Source of the DNA: Spirochaetota bacterium
GTDB taxonomy: Bacteria; Spirochaetota; UBA4802; UBA5550
Direction: 5' to 3'
NCBI GenBank assembly: GCA_041753395.1
Contig: JBGSUQ010000029.1
Location: 20,482 to 84,481 of the forward strand
DNA length: 64,000 bases
How positions within the stretch are numbered: the stretch's first letter is position 1; every line of letters starts with the position of its first letter. The notes under the pieces are model-generated. The model saw only the letters and a program-made list of their open reading frames with translations. It was not told where the DNA came from and ran no database searches. Below, piece after piece: positions 20,849-31,302 of this stretch. The position numbers were made by a program, and so were the translations under genes.

Positions 20849-22026
20849 ACCGCCATCAGGAGCTGAATATTGTTCCTTCCCTGGAATTAATAACAATAAC
20901 TGCCGGGCTAATAATTCTCTGCTGTTCAGTAATTACTTTTTTCAAGTCCCTCGAACAGGTATTGATAAAAAAACCGCAAAGAACCAATTTGACCCTTGCG
21001 TTGCTTCTCGCGTGCATCGGCTATCTTCAGATCTGCTTTGGAATATTATTTACCGGCTCCTCGGTTGCGATACCGCCGGAAATGTTCCTGGCAGGCTTCA
21101 TTTTCTTTATCCTCGCTGCATACATGGCAGCGCCACTGGCGTTTTTTTATTATAATGCCCTCGTTAATATTCCAACAGCCGGAAAAATGCTTCATGTTCT
21201 ACCGTCAATGGCAATGACACTGGTTATCGCGGCCTATGCACTGATCCGTACTGACGAATACAGGCATGGCATATGGAAGGACTTTTTCTCGGCGGCACAT
21301 GAAATACCGGTGTATCTCGTTCTTGCAGGGGCTGTGATCAGCGTTTTTACATATCTCGCTATTATTCTAAAAGTAGAAATGACCGTAAAAAACAGTGATA
21401 AAATGAAATACGCGGTCCGTCCATTGATACTTGTCACTGCGAGTTTCATTCTGGCGCCGTTTGCACTCATGGCGGGGTTCATCTTTCAATGGATATGGCT
21501 TTCAGCATTCGGCGCCTTTCTGGTCAGTGTCAACATCATCCTCTTTATCCTGGCCCATGTCAGGTACCGGGACTTCTTCCAGTTACTGGGAAAGGAGCTG
21601 CGCCTTGCGCGCTACAGGAAATCGTTATTGAAAGGCATAGACATGGCCGTTCTGCTCGATCGTTTGAACGATCTCATGAATGAAGAAAAATACTACCGCG
21701 ACTTCGATATCAGCATCAAATCCACCGCAGATGCCCTGGCAATCACACCGCACCAGTTATCGATGTATCTGAATAATAAATTACACGTCGATTTCAGGGG
21801 TTACATCAACAGGTTCCGGGTTGAAGAGGCGAAACAACTATTAGTTAAAAAACTTGATCAAAACGTACTTACGATCGGTTATCATGTGGGCTTCGGGTCA
21901 AAGACGTCTTTCAATGTCACCTTCAAGGAATTTACCGGAAAGACGCCCTCTGAATTCCGTGACGAACACCTGAAAATAGAGGCTCAGGCAGATGGTGATG
22001 ATGCCCCTGCTCCACGTAATAGATAG
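20845..22026 (+). CDS. Membrane-anchored AraC-family regulator
   Basis: About 6 TM helices, then an AraC HTH (PHQLS..LN, INRFRVEEAK, VGFGSKTSFN). Confidence 0.9.
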   Translation: MNRHQELNIVPSLELITITAGLIILCCSVITFFKSLEQVLIKKPQRTNLTLALLLACIGYLQICFGILFTGSSVAIPPEMFLAGFIFFILAAYMAAPLAFFYYNALVNIPTAGKMLHVLPSMAMTLVIAAYALIRTDEYRHGIWKDFFSAAHEIPVYLVLAGAVISVFTYLAIILKVEMTVKNSDKMKYAVRPLILVTASFILAPFALMAGFIFQWIWLSAFGAFLVSVNIILFILAHVRYRDFFQLLGKELRLARYRKSLLKGIDMAVLLDRLNDLMNEEKYYRDFDISIKSTADALAITPHQLSMYLNNKLHVDFRGYINRFRVEEAKQLLVKKLDQNVLTIGYHVGFGSKTSFNVTFKEFTGKTPSEFRDEHLKIEAQADGDDAPAPRNR

Positions 22027-22060
22027 CAGCGGGGCATCACTCTTTCCGATGCCCCATGAT

Positions 22061-23890
22061 TCAGTTTTCCGAATAAAGTCTGTCTATATCCACCTGATAC
22101 CGCTTCAATACTTCCTTCCGCTTGAGTTTGAAGGTCTGGGTGAGCAGGCCGTTCTGCAGCGTGAACCCTTCGCCGAGGATAAGATACTTTTTCGGGATCT
22201 CGTAAGAACCGAACTTGCCCTTCAGGTGCGACGTTATTTCTTTCTCGATGAAATCCTGCACCGCTTTTAATTTTACCATCTCCTGCGGGTCCGCCGGCCA
22301 GTTATTCTGCTCCGCGTGGCGTTTCATTACGGCAAAATCCGGATAAATGATGCAGATGGTATAGGGCTTGTTGAGGCCGTAAATCATCGTCTGCTCGACG
22401 ATCGGGAGCAGTGTTATCTCCTCCTGCATGGCCACCGGGAAAACAAACTTTCCGTTTTCGAGCTTGAACTGCTCTTTGATCCTGCCGGTGATATACAGGA
22501 ACCCGTCTTCATCCACAAATGCGCGATCGCCGGTGCGGAGGCCTCCGTCGTCGGTCATGGTCGCCTTCGTTTCCTCCGGCTTGTTGTGGTACCCCTTCAT
22601 GACATTGGGGCCGTAGATGATAAGCTCGCCTTCCCTGGTGTTGGGGTCATCCTCGATGACGCTGCGGTCGATGAACAGGGTCACCTTGTCCAGGGCCCTG
22701 CCGCAGCTTCCGATCTTGTACGCCCGCGGGCTGTTCAACGAGCCTGCCGGAGATATCTCCGTCATTCCCCATGCCTCGTATATGGGAATGCCGATATCAA
22801 AGAAAAACTCGGCTATTACCGGGCTCAGGGCCGCGCTCGAGCTCACGCATTGTGCCAGCTGGCCCCCGAAGCGCTCGCGGATTTTTGAAAACACGATTGC
22901 ATCTGCAATTTTAAATTTTAATCCGGTGAGGGTGCTCTTCTTTCCCTCTTTGAGCAGCTCCCGCTGGTGATGGCCGGCGGAAACGCCCATCTCGAAAAGC
23001 TTTTTGGCAAGGCCGCCGGTTTCGTTCATACGCGCGCACAGGCCGTCGTAGATGCGGTTGAACACGCGCGGAACCGCAACCAGAAAATTGGGCCTGACCA
23101 CACCGATATCGTCAACGATCGTCTGCGGGCTTTCTGCGAACCCCGTCGAGCCGCCAAGACGCATGACGACGTTAAGCTCGCCGGTCTGGCCGTATGAATG
23201 TGCCCAGGGGAGGAACGAAAGAGTCCTCACGTTTTCATCAAGGTCATTGAGGATTTTTATGACGCCATGGACATTGCTGGTAAAATTGCCATGGGTCAGG
23301 AGAACACCCTTGGGATCACCGGTGGTGCCCGACGTATATATGAGACCGGCCACATCTTCGGGATGCGGATATTTGGACTTGACCGGGTTCAGCTCGCCTG
23401 TCTTTTCAAGATCAGCCATGGTTCCCGGGCCAGTGCCTTCAATCCTGATGATCTTCTGCAGTGTCTTCAGTTCGCCGGGCCAATCCTTTACCTTATCAAA
23501 TATCTCCTGCCCTGAAACGAATAGAACTTTTATATTGCTGTCCTCAACAATATATTTCCAGATCTTCGGCAGCTCGACTTTATACATCGGGACATATTTG
23601 GCGCAGAGGCCATAGGTGGCAAAACAGCCCGTCGCCCAGGCAACACTGTTGTTGTCAATAATGCCGACTGCGTCCCCTTGACCGACACCCAGAGATGACA
23701 GTCCCGCCCTGAGATTATCAACCCGCTTCGCGACCTGCTTATAGGTGACCCATTCGTACACTCCGCTGCTGTTCTTGGTTCCCATCCATTCCTTGTCGCC
23801 GAATCTGGATATCGATTCTTCGAACATCTCCACCAGGTTGTCAGGTTTATCAAGCACATAGGTAAATCGAGTCTTCGCTGTCTGCTCCAT
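22061..23890 (-). CDS. fadD: Long-chain fatty acid-CoA ligase
   Basis: YTSGTTGDPKG, FLPWAH, EAWGMTE, RTGD, ITGRIKE. Confidence 0.9.
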   Translation of the reverse strand: MEQTAKTRFTYVLDKPDNLVEMFEESISRFGDKEWMGTKNSSGVYEWVTYKQVAKRVDNLRAGLSSLGVGQGDAVGIIDNNSVAWATGCFATYGLCAKYVPMYKVELPKIWKYIVEDSNIKVLFVSGQEIFDKVKDWPGELKTLQKIIRIEGTGPGTMADLEKTGELNPVKSKYPHPEDVAGLIYTSGTTGDPKGVLLTHGNFTSNVHGVIKILNDLDENVRTLSFLPWAHSYGQTGELNVVMRLGGSTGFAESPQTIVDDIGVVRPNFLVAVPRVFNRIYDGLCARMNETGGLAKKLFEMGVSAGHHQRELLKEGKKSTLTGLKFKIADAIVFSKIRERFGGQLAQCVSSSAALSPVIAEFFFDIGIPIYEAWGMTEISPAGSLNSPRAYKIGSCGRALDKVTLFIDRSVIEDDPNTREGELIIYGPNVMKGYHNKPEETKATMTDDGGLRTGDRAFVDEDGFLYITGRIKEQFKLENGKFVFPVAMQEEITLLPIVEQTMIYGLNKPYTICIIYPDFAVMKRHAEQNNWPADPQEMVKLKAVQDFIEKEITSHLKGKFGSYEIPKKYLILGEGFTLQNGLLTQTFKLKRKEVLKRYQVDIDRLYSEN

Positions 23891-24219
23891 GGTGTATTTC
23901 CCCGTTTTATATTTTTAATGTTATAATCTGCGAGATTATTCGTCCTATCCCCCCAAAAGGCGTCAGGGGTATAAGAAAGAAGACAATAACAAGATACCCT
24001 GCAAGTATGGTAAATCCCCGGATTTTATCAATCAAAAAATGCCTATCTGTTTAAATGATAAATTCAGTTCCCATGGAGAAGGTTTATGCATTTAACACGT
24101 AACAACCTGACACCAAAAGTTGTTGACCGGTGAAGATGTTCATGGTATCATTATCTTACTCGCCGGTTCAGAATGCCGTTGTCTGTAGAAACAGCATCCG
24201 CAACTTCCGAGAGGTCCCC

Positions 24220-25803
24220 ATGAAACGTTTTTTATCCACAGCCATATTTTTTTTCCTCATTGCGATAGTCAGTATGCTATTCATCGCCCCTGCCAATTAC
24301 GCCGGGAATGGACGTGTGCATGGCTTTGCTGACATTCACCTTCACCAGATGGCCGAATATGCCTATGCTGGCGCATGGTTCCATGGGAGCCACAAGGGGC
24401 CTGAAAACGTGGCTTTGAAAAAATGCTCCGGCGGAGACCTCCTGGGGGGGAATCATGCACGGACAAAATACGGCATCCTTAATGAGTTCCTGGGCATGGT
24501 TTCCGGAACCGACGGCGACACGGGTTGGCATTTCTATAAAAGAAACGGATATCCATCCTATACCGGATGGCCCCGATGGAACACCCTCGCCCATCAGCAG
24601 GTATGGGAGGGCCATCTCAGGCAGGCCCATGAAAACGGACTGACCCTCTATGTCATGTCCGCGGTTGATTTCAATCCATTGTGCAACTGCATGCCCAGAA
24701 AGAACATGAAGCCGGGCCTGAATTGCGACGAGATGTCCAGCGTCGATGTCCAGCTCCAGGCGGCAATTGATTTTGCCGCACAGAGAAACTGGGTCAAGAT
24801 CGCCCGCACCCCGGAAGAAGCGCGCAGCATCATCAATTCCGGGAAGCTGGCCATGATTCTCGCCATCGAAGTCACAAGCCTCTTTAACAATGACGATTGG
24901 CCGGATCGTCTTGATTACTATTACCGGCACTATCATGTCCGATCGATACAATTCGCCCACCAGCTGGACAACAGGTTCACCGGAGTGGCCCCGCACCATT
25001 TTATATTCAAATTTTTCAAGATCCTCGATGATATCGGCGTAGGCGACCCGAATCCCGGTTTTGACCTAGATAGAAACGGCCTGAACAGGCTCGGGATGAC
25101 CATGGAAGGCAGGGAGCTGGCCAGGGCTATGATGGAGAAGCACATGATCATCGATATCTCCCACATGTCCGAGCGCGCCGTCAAAGATCTGTATGAAATC
25201 GCGAAAGAAATGAATTATTACCCGCTGGTTCTGTCGCACGGGCACCTTCGCTCCATCATGATGAAGAAAAAGCAGAAAGAGGAAAAAACAACGCCCGATT
25301 ACATAATCCGCATGATCAGAGAGACCGGCGGTATTATCGGCCTGCGGACCGGTTCGGAGCAGGTTAAAACCTATCCTGCGTCCGGGGTGCCCAATGACTG
25401 CGACGGATCCACGAAATCCTTTGCCCAGGCTTATCAATACGGCACCCTCGGCCTGAAAGTCAACATCGCCTTCGCGAGCGATTTCAACGGCTTCATACAG
25501 CAGCTGCGCCCCCGCTTCGGCAGTCAGTATGAGACCTGCGGAGCCTCCGGCAGTCTCACCGCTGCTTCAAAACAGAGAAAGATGCAGACCCGTCGGGTGG
25601 GCACCCCCCTTGATTACCAGGGATTCGGGCATATCGGCCTCGAGGGAGACATCATCCGGGAACTGAATAACTTCGGAGTGAACACATCCGCCCTGGAAAA
25701 TTCGGCCGAAACCTTCATCAGGGTCTGGGAGCGCTGTTATGATGATGACAGGATCGGTCCCTTCGATACCAGCGACATGGACACCGGCGGGATAGCACAA
25801 TAA
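24220..25803 (+). CDS. Secreted M19 membrane-dipeptidase-fold amidohydrolase, sphingolipid ceramide N-deacylase-like subgroup
   Basis: Signal peptide; GFADIHLH, WPRWNTLAHQQ, CDEMSSVDVQ, GKLAMILAIE, IDISHMS, SHG, ASDFNG. Confidence 0.75.
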   Translation: MKRFLSTAIFFFLIAIVSMLFIAPANYAGNGRVHGFADIHLHQMAEYAYAGAWFHGSHKGPENVALKKCSGGDLLGGNHARTKYGILNEFLGMVSGTDGDTGWHFYKRNGYPSYTGWPRWNTLAHQQVWEGHLRQAHENGLTLYVMSAVDFNPLCNCMPRKNMKPGLNCDEMSSVDVQLQAAIDFAAQRNWVKIARTPEEARSIINSGKLAMILAIEVTSLFNNDDWPDRLDYYYRHYHVRSIQFAHQLDNRFTGVAPHHFIFKFFKILDDIGVGDPNPGFDLDRNGLNRLGMTMEGRELARAMMEKHMIIDISHMSERAVKDLYEIAKEMNYYPLVLSHGHLRSIMMKKKQKEEKTTPDYIIRMIRETGGIIGLRTGSEQVKTYPASGVPNDCDGSTKSFAQAYQYGTLGLKVNIAFASDFNGFIQQLRPRFGSQYETCGASGSLTAASKQRKMQTRRVGTPLDYQGFGHIGLEGDIIRELNNFGVNTSALENSAETFIRVWERCYDDDRIGPFDTSDMDTGGIAQ

Positions 25804-26061
25804 TCGACCTTCGCCGGCAACATTCTAACTGCGCAGCCCCTTATTCCATGACGATCTGCTTCATGAAAAAACTGCCCCAATACCGGCATAATGTGACTGT
25901 TACCTGAATTTTCGATGAAAACATACATCACAATCATGAATACCTCTCAAGATTTACCTGTTTCATGCCGAATATGCAAGTGAATTCTATTATGTGTATT
26001 TTTTTAAACAGATATTTCTTCTGATTCCACCTTGGGGTTAAGGCACTGCGCTTTAAAAATA

Positions 26062-26490
26062 ATGAAAAGCAGGTCAAATCAATCCACAATCTTTGAAAAG
26101 ATAATTCTAAGCAATAAAAGCGAAGCTATAAAAATAATTGACGAAGCCATTGCTTACTTCAATAAACTCCAGAAATCAGGTCTTGCCCTTCAGATATCGG
26201 AATTTAATTTCAGACTGGCCCTTGACGAAGCAATCGAAAATGCCATAAGTCACGGCAATGGATATAATCCCAAGAAGAAGATTTTCATCACCATCCGGGG
26301 TTTTAAGGACAAGCTGGACATGACCGTCGAAGACGAAGGCGCCGGCTTCAAACCTGAAGCCGATCCGGGAACGTCTTTGAAGAAAAATTTTTTCTCCCCT
26401 CACGGCAGGGGACTGTGCCTCTTGAATAAAATCGGCACCATACAGTGGAACAAGAAGGGCAACAGTATTAACGTGGTGCTTATAGACTAA
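26062..26490 (+). CDS. Anti-sigma factor / RsbW-type Ser kinase (HATPase_c_2)
   Basis: LALDEAIENAISHGN, VEDEGAGF, HGRGL. Confidence 0.88.
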   Translation: MKSRSNQSTIFEKIILSNKSEAIKIIDEAIAYFNKLQKSGLALQISEFNFRLALDEAIENAISHGNGYNPKKKIFITIRGFKDKLDMTVEDEGAGFKPEADPGTSLKKNFFSPHGRGLCLLNKIGTIQWNKKGNSINVVLID

Positions 26491-26724
26491 ATTCATTTAT
26501 CCGCCGATTATCTGCCGCCCCCCCCTGCAATCCGCTTAATATTCCGGTAATGATATATCATATTTGCCGCAGAATCTCCCTGTGACCAGCGGACAGATGG
26601 TCTCTGCAGACCTGTGTGATTTTTATAAATCTATTTTTTAAATGCTTATTATCTATATTATTTATTGACAAAAACCGCCTCCTTCCATGAAGATGAATAC
26701 AGTTACTCATACGCGAGGTAAGCT

Positions 26725-27840
26725 ATGAAAAATATCCTATCATCAAGAGTCGGCATAATAATCGCCGGTTCGGTTATTGGCATAATAGCAGTATTGCTGC
26801 AGGCGGCCGGCAATCCGCCCAACATGGGAATCTGCGTTGCCTGTTTCGAGCGGGACATAGCCGGGGCACTGGGGCTCCATCGGGCCGATGTCGTCCAGTA
26901 CCTGAGGCCGGAAATACCGGCGATCGTCCTTGGTTCATTTATCATTTCATTTATCATGAAAGAATACAAGCCACGGGCAGGGTCTTCGACACTGATACGA
27001 TTTTTTCTCGGAGTCTTTGCCATGATCGGCGCCCTTGTTTTCCTCGGCTGCCCGTGGCGGGCACTTCTCCGCCTGGCCGGCGGCGACATGAACTCACTAC
27101 TTGGCCTCCTCGGCCTGATCTGCGGTATCGCAGTTGGCGTACTGTTCCTCAATAAGGGTTATAGCCTTGGCCGCTCCCACGGAAACCGAAGCGCCAGCGG
27201 ATGGGTATTCCCTGCTTTTATGCTGGTCCTCATTCTTTTCAACGCCTTTGAAGTAACATTCTCTGAGGGCGGGCCGATTTTCTTTAGCGCAAAAGGACCG
27301 GGCTCCATGCACGCAAACCTTTGGATAAGCCTCGCGGCGGGACTTGCCTTCGGCGTTATCGCCCAGCGCAGCAGGTTCTGCACCATGGGATCGATCCGAG
27401 ACATCATACTCGCCAGAGACTTCCATCTCATGAGCGGCGTCGCGGCACTGCTGGTGACTGCTTTCATTGGCAACCTCATACTGGGCAAGTTCAATCCTGG
27501 CTTTACAGGCCAGCCGGTGGCGCACAGTAATCATATATGGAATTTTCTCGGTATGACCCTTGCCGGTCTGGCTTTCGCCCTTGCCGGTGGATGTCCCGGG
27601 AGACAGCTCATCCTTTCAGGTGAAGGAGATGCTGACGCAGGTGTATTCGTTCTGGGTATGATAACCGGAGCCGCCTTCGCTCACAACCTGTCCCTCGCTG
27701 GCAAACCCGACAGTGTCATCGAAACGGTGTACACCGTGGGCGGTCCCGGGTTTTACGGCCAGGCAGCTGTTATCGCGGGTATCATATTCTGCCTCATTAT
27801 CGGCTTCACTATGAGGGAAAAGCTGATGGTGAAAGCATGA
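26725..27840 (+). CDS. yedE: YedE-family putative selenium/sulfur transporter
   Basis: GNPPNMGICVACFERDIAGALGLH, LGCPWR, SRFCTMG, GGCPGRQL. Confidence 0.9.
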   Translation: MKNILSSRVGIIIAGSVIGIIAVLLQAAGNPPNMGICVACFERDIAGALGLHRADVVQYLRPEIPAIVLGSFIISFIMKEYKPRAGSSTLIRFFLGVFAMIGALVFLGCPWRALLRLAGGDMNSLLGLLGLICGIAVGVLFLNKGYSLGRSHGNRSASGWVFPAFMLVLILFNAFEVTFSEGGPIFFSAKGPGSMHANLWISLAAGLAFGVIAQRSRFCTMGSIRDIILARDFHLMSGVAALLVTAFIGNLILGKFNPGFTGQPVAHSNHIWNFLGMTLAGLAFALAGGCPGRQLILSGEGDADAGVFVLGMITGAAFAHNLSLAGKPDSVIETVYTVGGPGFYGQAAVIAGIIFCLIIGFTMREKLMVKA

Positions 27841-27883
27841 TAGTGAAGAATAACTCGTCGCATATTCAAAAAAGGAGAACATT

Positions 27884-28096
27884 ATGTCAGAACATACAAT
27901 AGACGCCAGAGGCCTGTCATGCCCGCAACCGGTAGTCCTAGTCCGCAAGGCAATAAGCGAAGGTCTTACTTCATTCGAGATAATGGTCGGCAGCGAGGTA
28001 GCCAGGGAAAACGTGCTAAGGACGCTGAAAAACAGCGGCATGAAAGCAGATGTACGAAACGTCGGTGACGATTTCATTATCAATGCCGTGAAATAA
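27884..28096 (+). CDS. TusA/SirA/YedF-family sulfur carrier
   Basis: IDARGLSCPQPV motif. Confidence 0.92.
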   Translation: MSEHTIDARGLSCPQPVVLVRKAISEGLTSFEIMVGSEVARENVLRTLKNSGMKADVRNVGDDFIINAVK

Positions 28097-28125
28097 TATA
28101 ATCATTTGAAAACATTGGAGGAACC

Positions 28126-29397
28126 ATGAGCAGTGAATATGTTAATATGTGGAAGGAACTGGGACTCGATCTTGAATCCCACGACCAGCTTCTTTCCGTC
28201 CTGGGACAGGCTTACGGCGATATTTTTCTTTCTCAGAAAAACAGGCCCGAAGGAATGAAATACTTCGATTTCGTCGTATCCGAAGTCCATGGACTCAGAA
28301 TAAGGGAAATAGTCGATGAAAAGGCAAAAGGCAGCATCATCGTTGGGACCTTCTGTGTGTATGTACCGGAAGAGCTGGTCCTGGCCGTCGGCGGTGTGCA
28401 GATCGGTCTCTGTGCTGGCGCTGAAATAGCCTTTGATAAAGTTGAGGAATACCTTCCCCGGAACACCTGTGCACTGATAAAGTCGTCCCTCGGTTTCAGG
28501 CTCGGGCGCATTTGCCCTTATACGCAGGCTGCGGACTTCATTGTGGGTGAGACCACCTGCGACGGCAAGAAAAAGGCCTATGAAATATTCAGCGGAATGA
28601 AAGATATCTACGTGATGGAGATCCCGCAGATGAAAATTGATTCGGACCGCGCTCTCTGGAAAAAAGAGATTGAGCGTTTCAAGGCAGAACTTGAAAAACG
28701 CTCCGGGAGAAAAATAACCCACGACTCCCTCAAAAAGGGTATCCAGCTCGTTAATAAAAAGCGGGCCGTTCTGCAGCGCCTGGCAGCTATAAGGTATAAG
28801 TATCCATTCGTCATATCCGGACGTGACGCACTCCTCATCAACCAGGTTTCTTTTTACGACAACCCTGAGCGGTTTACGGACTCCGTCTCCAAGCTCTGCG
28901 ACGAACTTGAGGAACGCGGCAAGAAAAAGTCGTCCATAAGCGAAGCCGGCGCGAAGAAGATCGTTGTTTCAGGGTGCCCCATGGCAGTACCCAACTGGAA
29001 GCTCCCCTTTGTGGTCGAAACCAGCGGCGCCACCATTGTGGCGGAGGAATCATGCGTCGGCGAGCGCAACACCAGGAACCCCGTGAAAGAAAGCGGGACC
29101 ACGGTGGAGCAGCATATCGATAACATTGTCGACCGTTACATGAAGATCAACTGCGCCTGTTTTACACCCAACAAGGAACGCATTGAAGACATCAGCGCCT
29201 TATACAAATCATCCGGCGCCGACGGGGTGATCCACTATTCGCTCCAGTTCTGCACCCCCTATCTCATGGAGTCCAAAAAGGTCAAAGACATGTGCGACAG
29301 CAGGAATATACCATTCCTGTCTGTCGAGACTGATTACTCGTCAGGCGACATGGAACAGCTCAAGACAAGGGTCGAGGCGTTTATTGAAAAAATTTAA
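28126..29397 (+). CDS. Double-cubane cluster-containing reductase (DCCP; HAD-family single subunit)
   Basis: GTFCVYVPEE, LPRNTCALIKS, ETTCDGKKK, EESCVGER, INCACFTPN, LQFC, ETDYS..D.EQLKTRVEAF. Confidence 0.88.
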   Translation: MSSEYVNMWKELGLDLESHDQLLSVLGQAYGDIFLSQKNRPEGMKYFDFVVSEVHGLRIREIVDEKAKGSIIVGTFCVYVPEELVLAVGGVQIGLCAGAEIAFDKVEEYLPRNTCALIKSSLGFRLGRICPYTQAADFIVGETTCDGKKKAYEIFSGMKDIYVMEIPQMKIDSDRALWKKEIERFKAELEKRSGRKITHDSLKKGIQLVNKKRAVLQRLAAIRYKYPFVISGRDALLINQVSFYDNPERFTDSVSKLCDELEERGKKKSSISEAGAKKIVVSGCPMAVPNWKLPFVVETSGATIVAEESCVGERNTRNPVKESGTTVEQHIDNIVDRYMKINCACFTPNKERIEDISALYKSSGADGVIHYSLQFCTPYLMESKKVKDMCDSRNIPFLSVETDYSSGDMEQLKTRVEAFIEKI

Positions 29398-29415
29398 TTA
29401 ACTTTGAAGTAGTAC

Positions 29416-29465
29416 AAATATCGTATCTTCTTTCAAATAACCGCAGGAAGATACGATATTTTTTT
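29416..29465 (+). terminator. Intrinsic terminator-like hairpin
   Basis: AAATATCGTATCTTC / GAAGATACGATATTT 15-bp stem ending in a T run. Confidence 0.7.
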
Positions 29466-29509
29466 GCATCAGGATTCTGCTGAACAACACTGCATAAGGG
29501 CCTCCATCG

Positions 29510-29728
29510 ATGGAATTTTCAGTCATACTATTTCACTCTACAAACCACGCCATATGGACGGCTAAGCTTCTGAAAAAATCAGGGCATCAGCATACCATGA
29601 TCCCGGTCCCCCGGCACCTCAGCTCCGACTGCGGGTATTGCGTGAGAATAATGAGCGAAAACGCTCCAGAAATCGAAGGGTTATTGAAATCATCGGGTGT
29701 TGAATATCAGGAGATAAAGCCGCTTTGA
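29510..29728 (+). CDS. DUF3343 protein (often linked to selenium/sulfur clusters)
   Basis: FHSTNHAI..IPVPRHLSSDCGYC. Confidence 0.85.
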   Translation: MEFSVILFHSTNHAIWTAKLLKKSGHQHTMIPVPRHLSSDCGYCVRIMSENAPEIEGLLKSSGVEYQEIKPL

Positions 29729-29954
29729 TCCTGGTTCCCTCCCCGCCACATCGCTCACGCCCCCTATATCATCAGCCCGCTGCCCGCCATTATCATGACA
29801 AGGCAATCAACTTCCAGAATATTATTCCGCATATGTTCTGATATAATTCTCCATATGAAATGAATTACAGAATCGCATTCCTGAAAGAATATTTAAATAG
29901 CTATGATATTATAATGCGATAAATATGCAAAAAGGATATCGAGGTGCTGATCTT

Positions 29955-31277
29955 ATGAAAAAAATATTGTTTATCAATCCGACTATCAACAATACGGTTT
30001 TCGGGAAAATGAAAATGCTGGCCCTCCCTCCCATGGGCCTCGGCGTTCTGGCGAGCAGGACGCCGGAACACTATGCTGTCTCAGTCATCGATGAAAATGT
30101 CGATGCACTGGACATCAACACAGACGCCGATATAGTGGCGGTAACGGCAACAACCGGGCAGGCCCCCCGGGCCTACCAGATTATCCATGAATTCAGGAAA
30201 CGAGGAATCCCCACGATCATGGGCGGCATCCATGCTTCAGTACTTCCGGATGAAGCCGCCCTGCATGCAGACACAGTCGTTACCGGTGAAGCGGATGAAG
30301 TTTGGTCCCGCATCCTGGAAGATTACGAAAAGAACAACCTGAAGAAGCTGTATAATGCCGAGACCCGGCCGGACCTTGGAAATATTCCGAAGATCGACCG
30401 GAGCATCTATTCGAAAAAATACATGATCCACTCGGTGCAAACCTCACGCGGCTGTCCCTGCAACTGCAGTTTCTGCTCCGTGACGAAATTCAACGGCGGC
30501 AAATACCGATTCAGGACCATAGACCATGTCGCCCAGGAAATCGAGGAGATTGAAGACCGGCGCTTTTTCATCGCCGACGACAGTATTGTGGGTCTGGGAA
30601 ACGACGGCATCGCCCATGCCGAAAGCCTGTTCGCCAGGTTGAAGGGTCTTCGCAAGTCCTGGGGCTCCCAGGTATGCATAACGATAGCGGAACACGACGA
30701 CCTCCTTCGCGCCGCCTCCGAGGCAGGCGCCAATACCTTTTACATCGGGTTTGAATCCATTGATGCGGAATCGCTCAAATCCGTTGACAAGAAGATCAAC
30801 CTGAGGCCCATCATACGGAATTACAAGAATACCATAAAAAAAATACATGGCCATGGCATCGGCGTCATCGGCGGATTCATCCTCGGCACCGACGGCGATA
30901 CAAAGGATATTTTCGATAAGACCATAGAATTCATCCATGAAACCGGCATCGACGGCAGCCAGTTCACCATCATGACGCCCTTCCCCGGGACCCGGCTCTA
31001 CGACCAGATGCAGAAGGAAGGGCGCCTGCTCTACACCGACTACCCGAAGGACTGGGTAAAATACAACGCGTACGAGGCGGTCATACGGCCCCGCAACATG
31101 ACCGTTGACGAGCTTATCCGGGGATGGCGCAGGGTTTATGACGAAACATCTTCGCCCGCACAATCCATAAAAAGGAGCGTGAAGACCCTGATGAACACGG
31201 GAAGCCTCGTCAACGCATCGATTAACCTGTTCTGGAATTACTACAACTACAGGGCGGTCCAGGACACCAACATGTAG
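29955..31277 (+). CDS. B12-binding-domain radical SAM protein
   Basis: PPMGL, MGGIHAS, GEAD, TSRGCPCNCSFC, GFES, TPFPGT. Confidence 0.92.
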   Translation: MKKILFINPTINNTVFGKMKMLALPPMGLGVLASRTPEHYAVSVIDENVDALDINTDADIVAVTATTGQAPRAYQIIHEFRKRGIPTIMGGIHASVLPDEAALHADTVVTGEADEVWSRILEDYEKNNLKKLYNAETRPDLGNIPKIDRSIYSKKYMIHSVQTSRGCPCNCSFCSVTKFNGGKYRFRTIDHVAQEIEEIEDRRFFIADDSIVGLGNDGIAHAESLFARLKGLRKSWGSQVCITIAEHDDLLRAASEAGANTFYIGFESIDAESLKSVDKKINLRPIIRNYKNTIKKIHGHGIGVIGGFILGTDGDTKDIFDKTIEFIHETGIDGSQFTIMTPFPGTRLYDQMQKEGRLLYTDYPKDWVKYNAYEAVIRPRNMTVDELIRGWRRVYDETSSPAQSIKRSVKTLMNTGSLVNASINLFWNYYNYRAVQDTNM

Positions 31278-31302
31278 GGCATGGACGGAGCGCGGCCCTG
31301 AT

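Noticed and set aside
24124-24170. Imperfect inverted repeat between fadD and the hydrolase
   Set aside because: Several mismatches and bulges; could be chance
26725-29728. Selenoprotein (UGA read-through) in the YedE cluster
   Set aside because: All expected Cys motifs are Cys codons, genes are full length, and no in-frame TGA needs recoding
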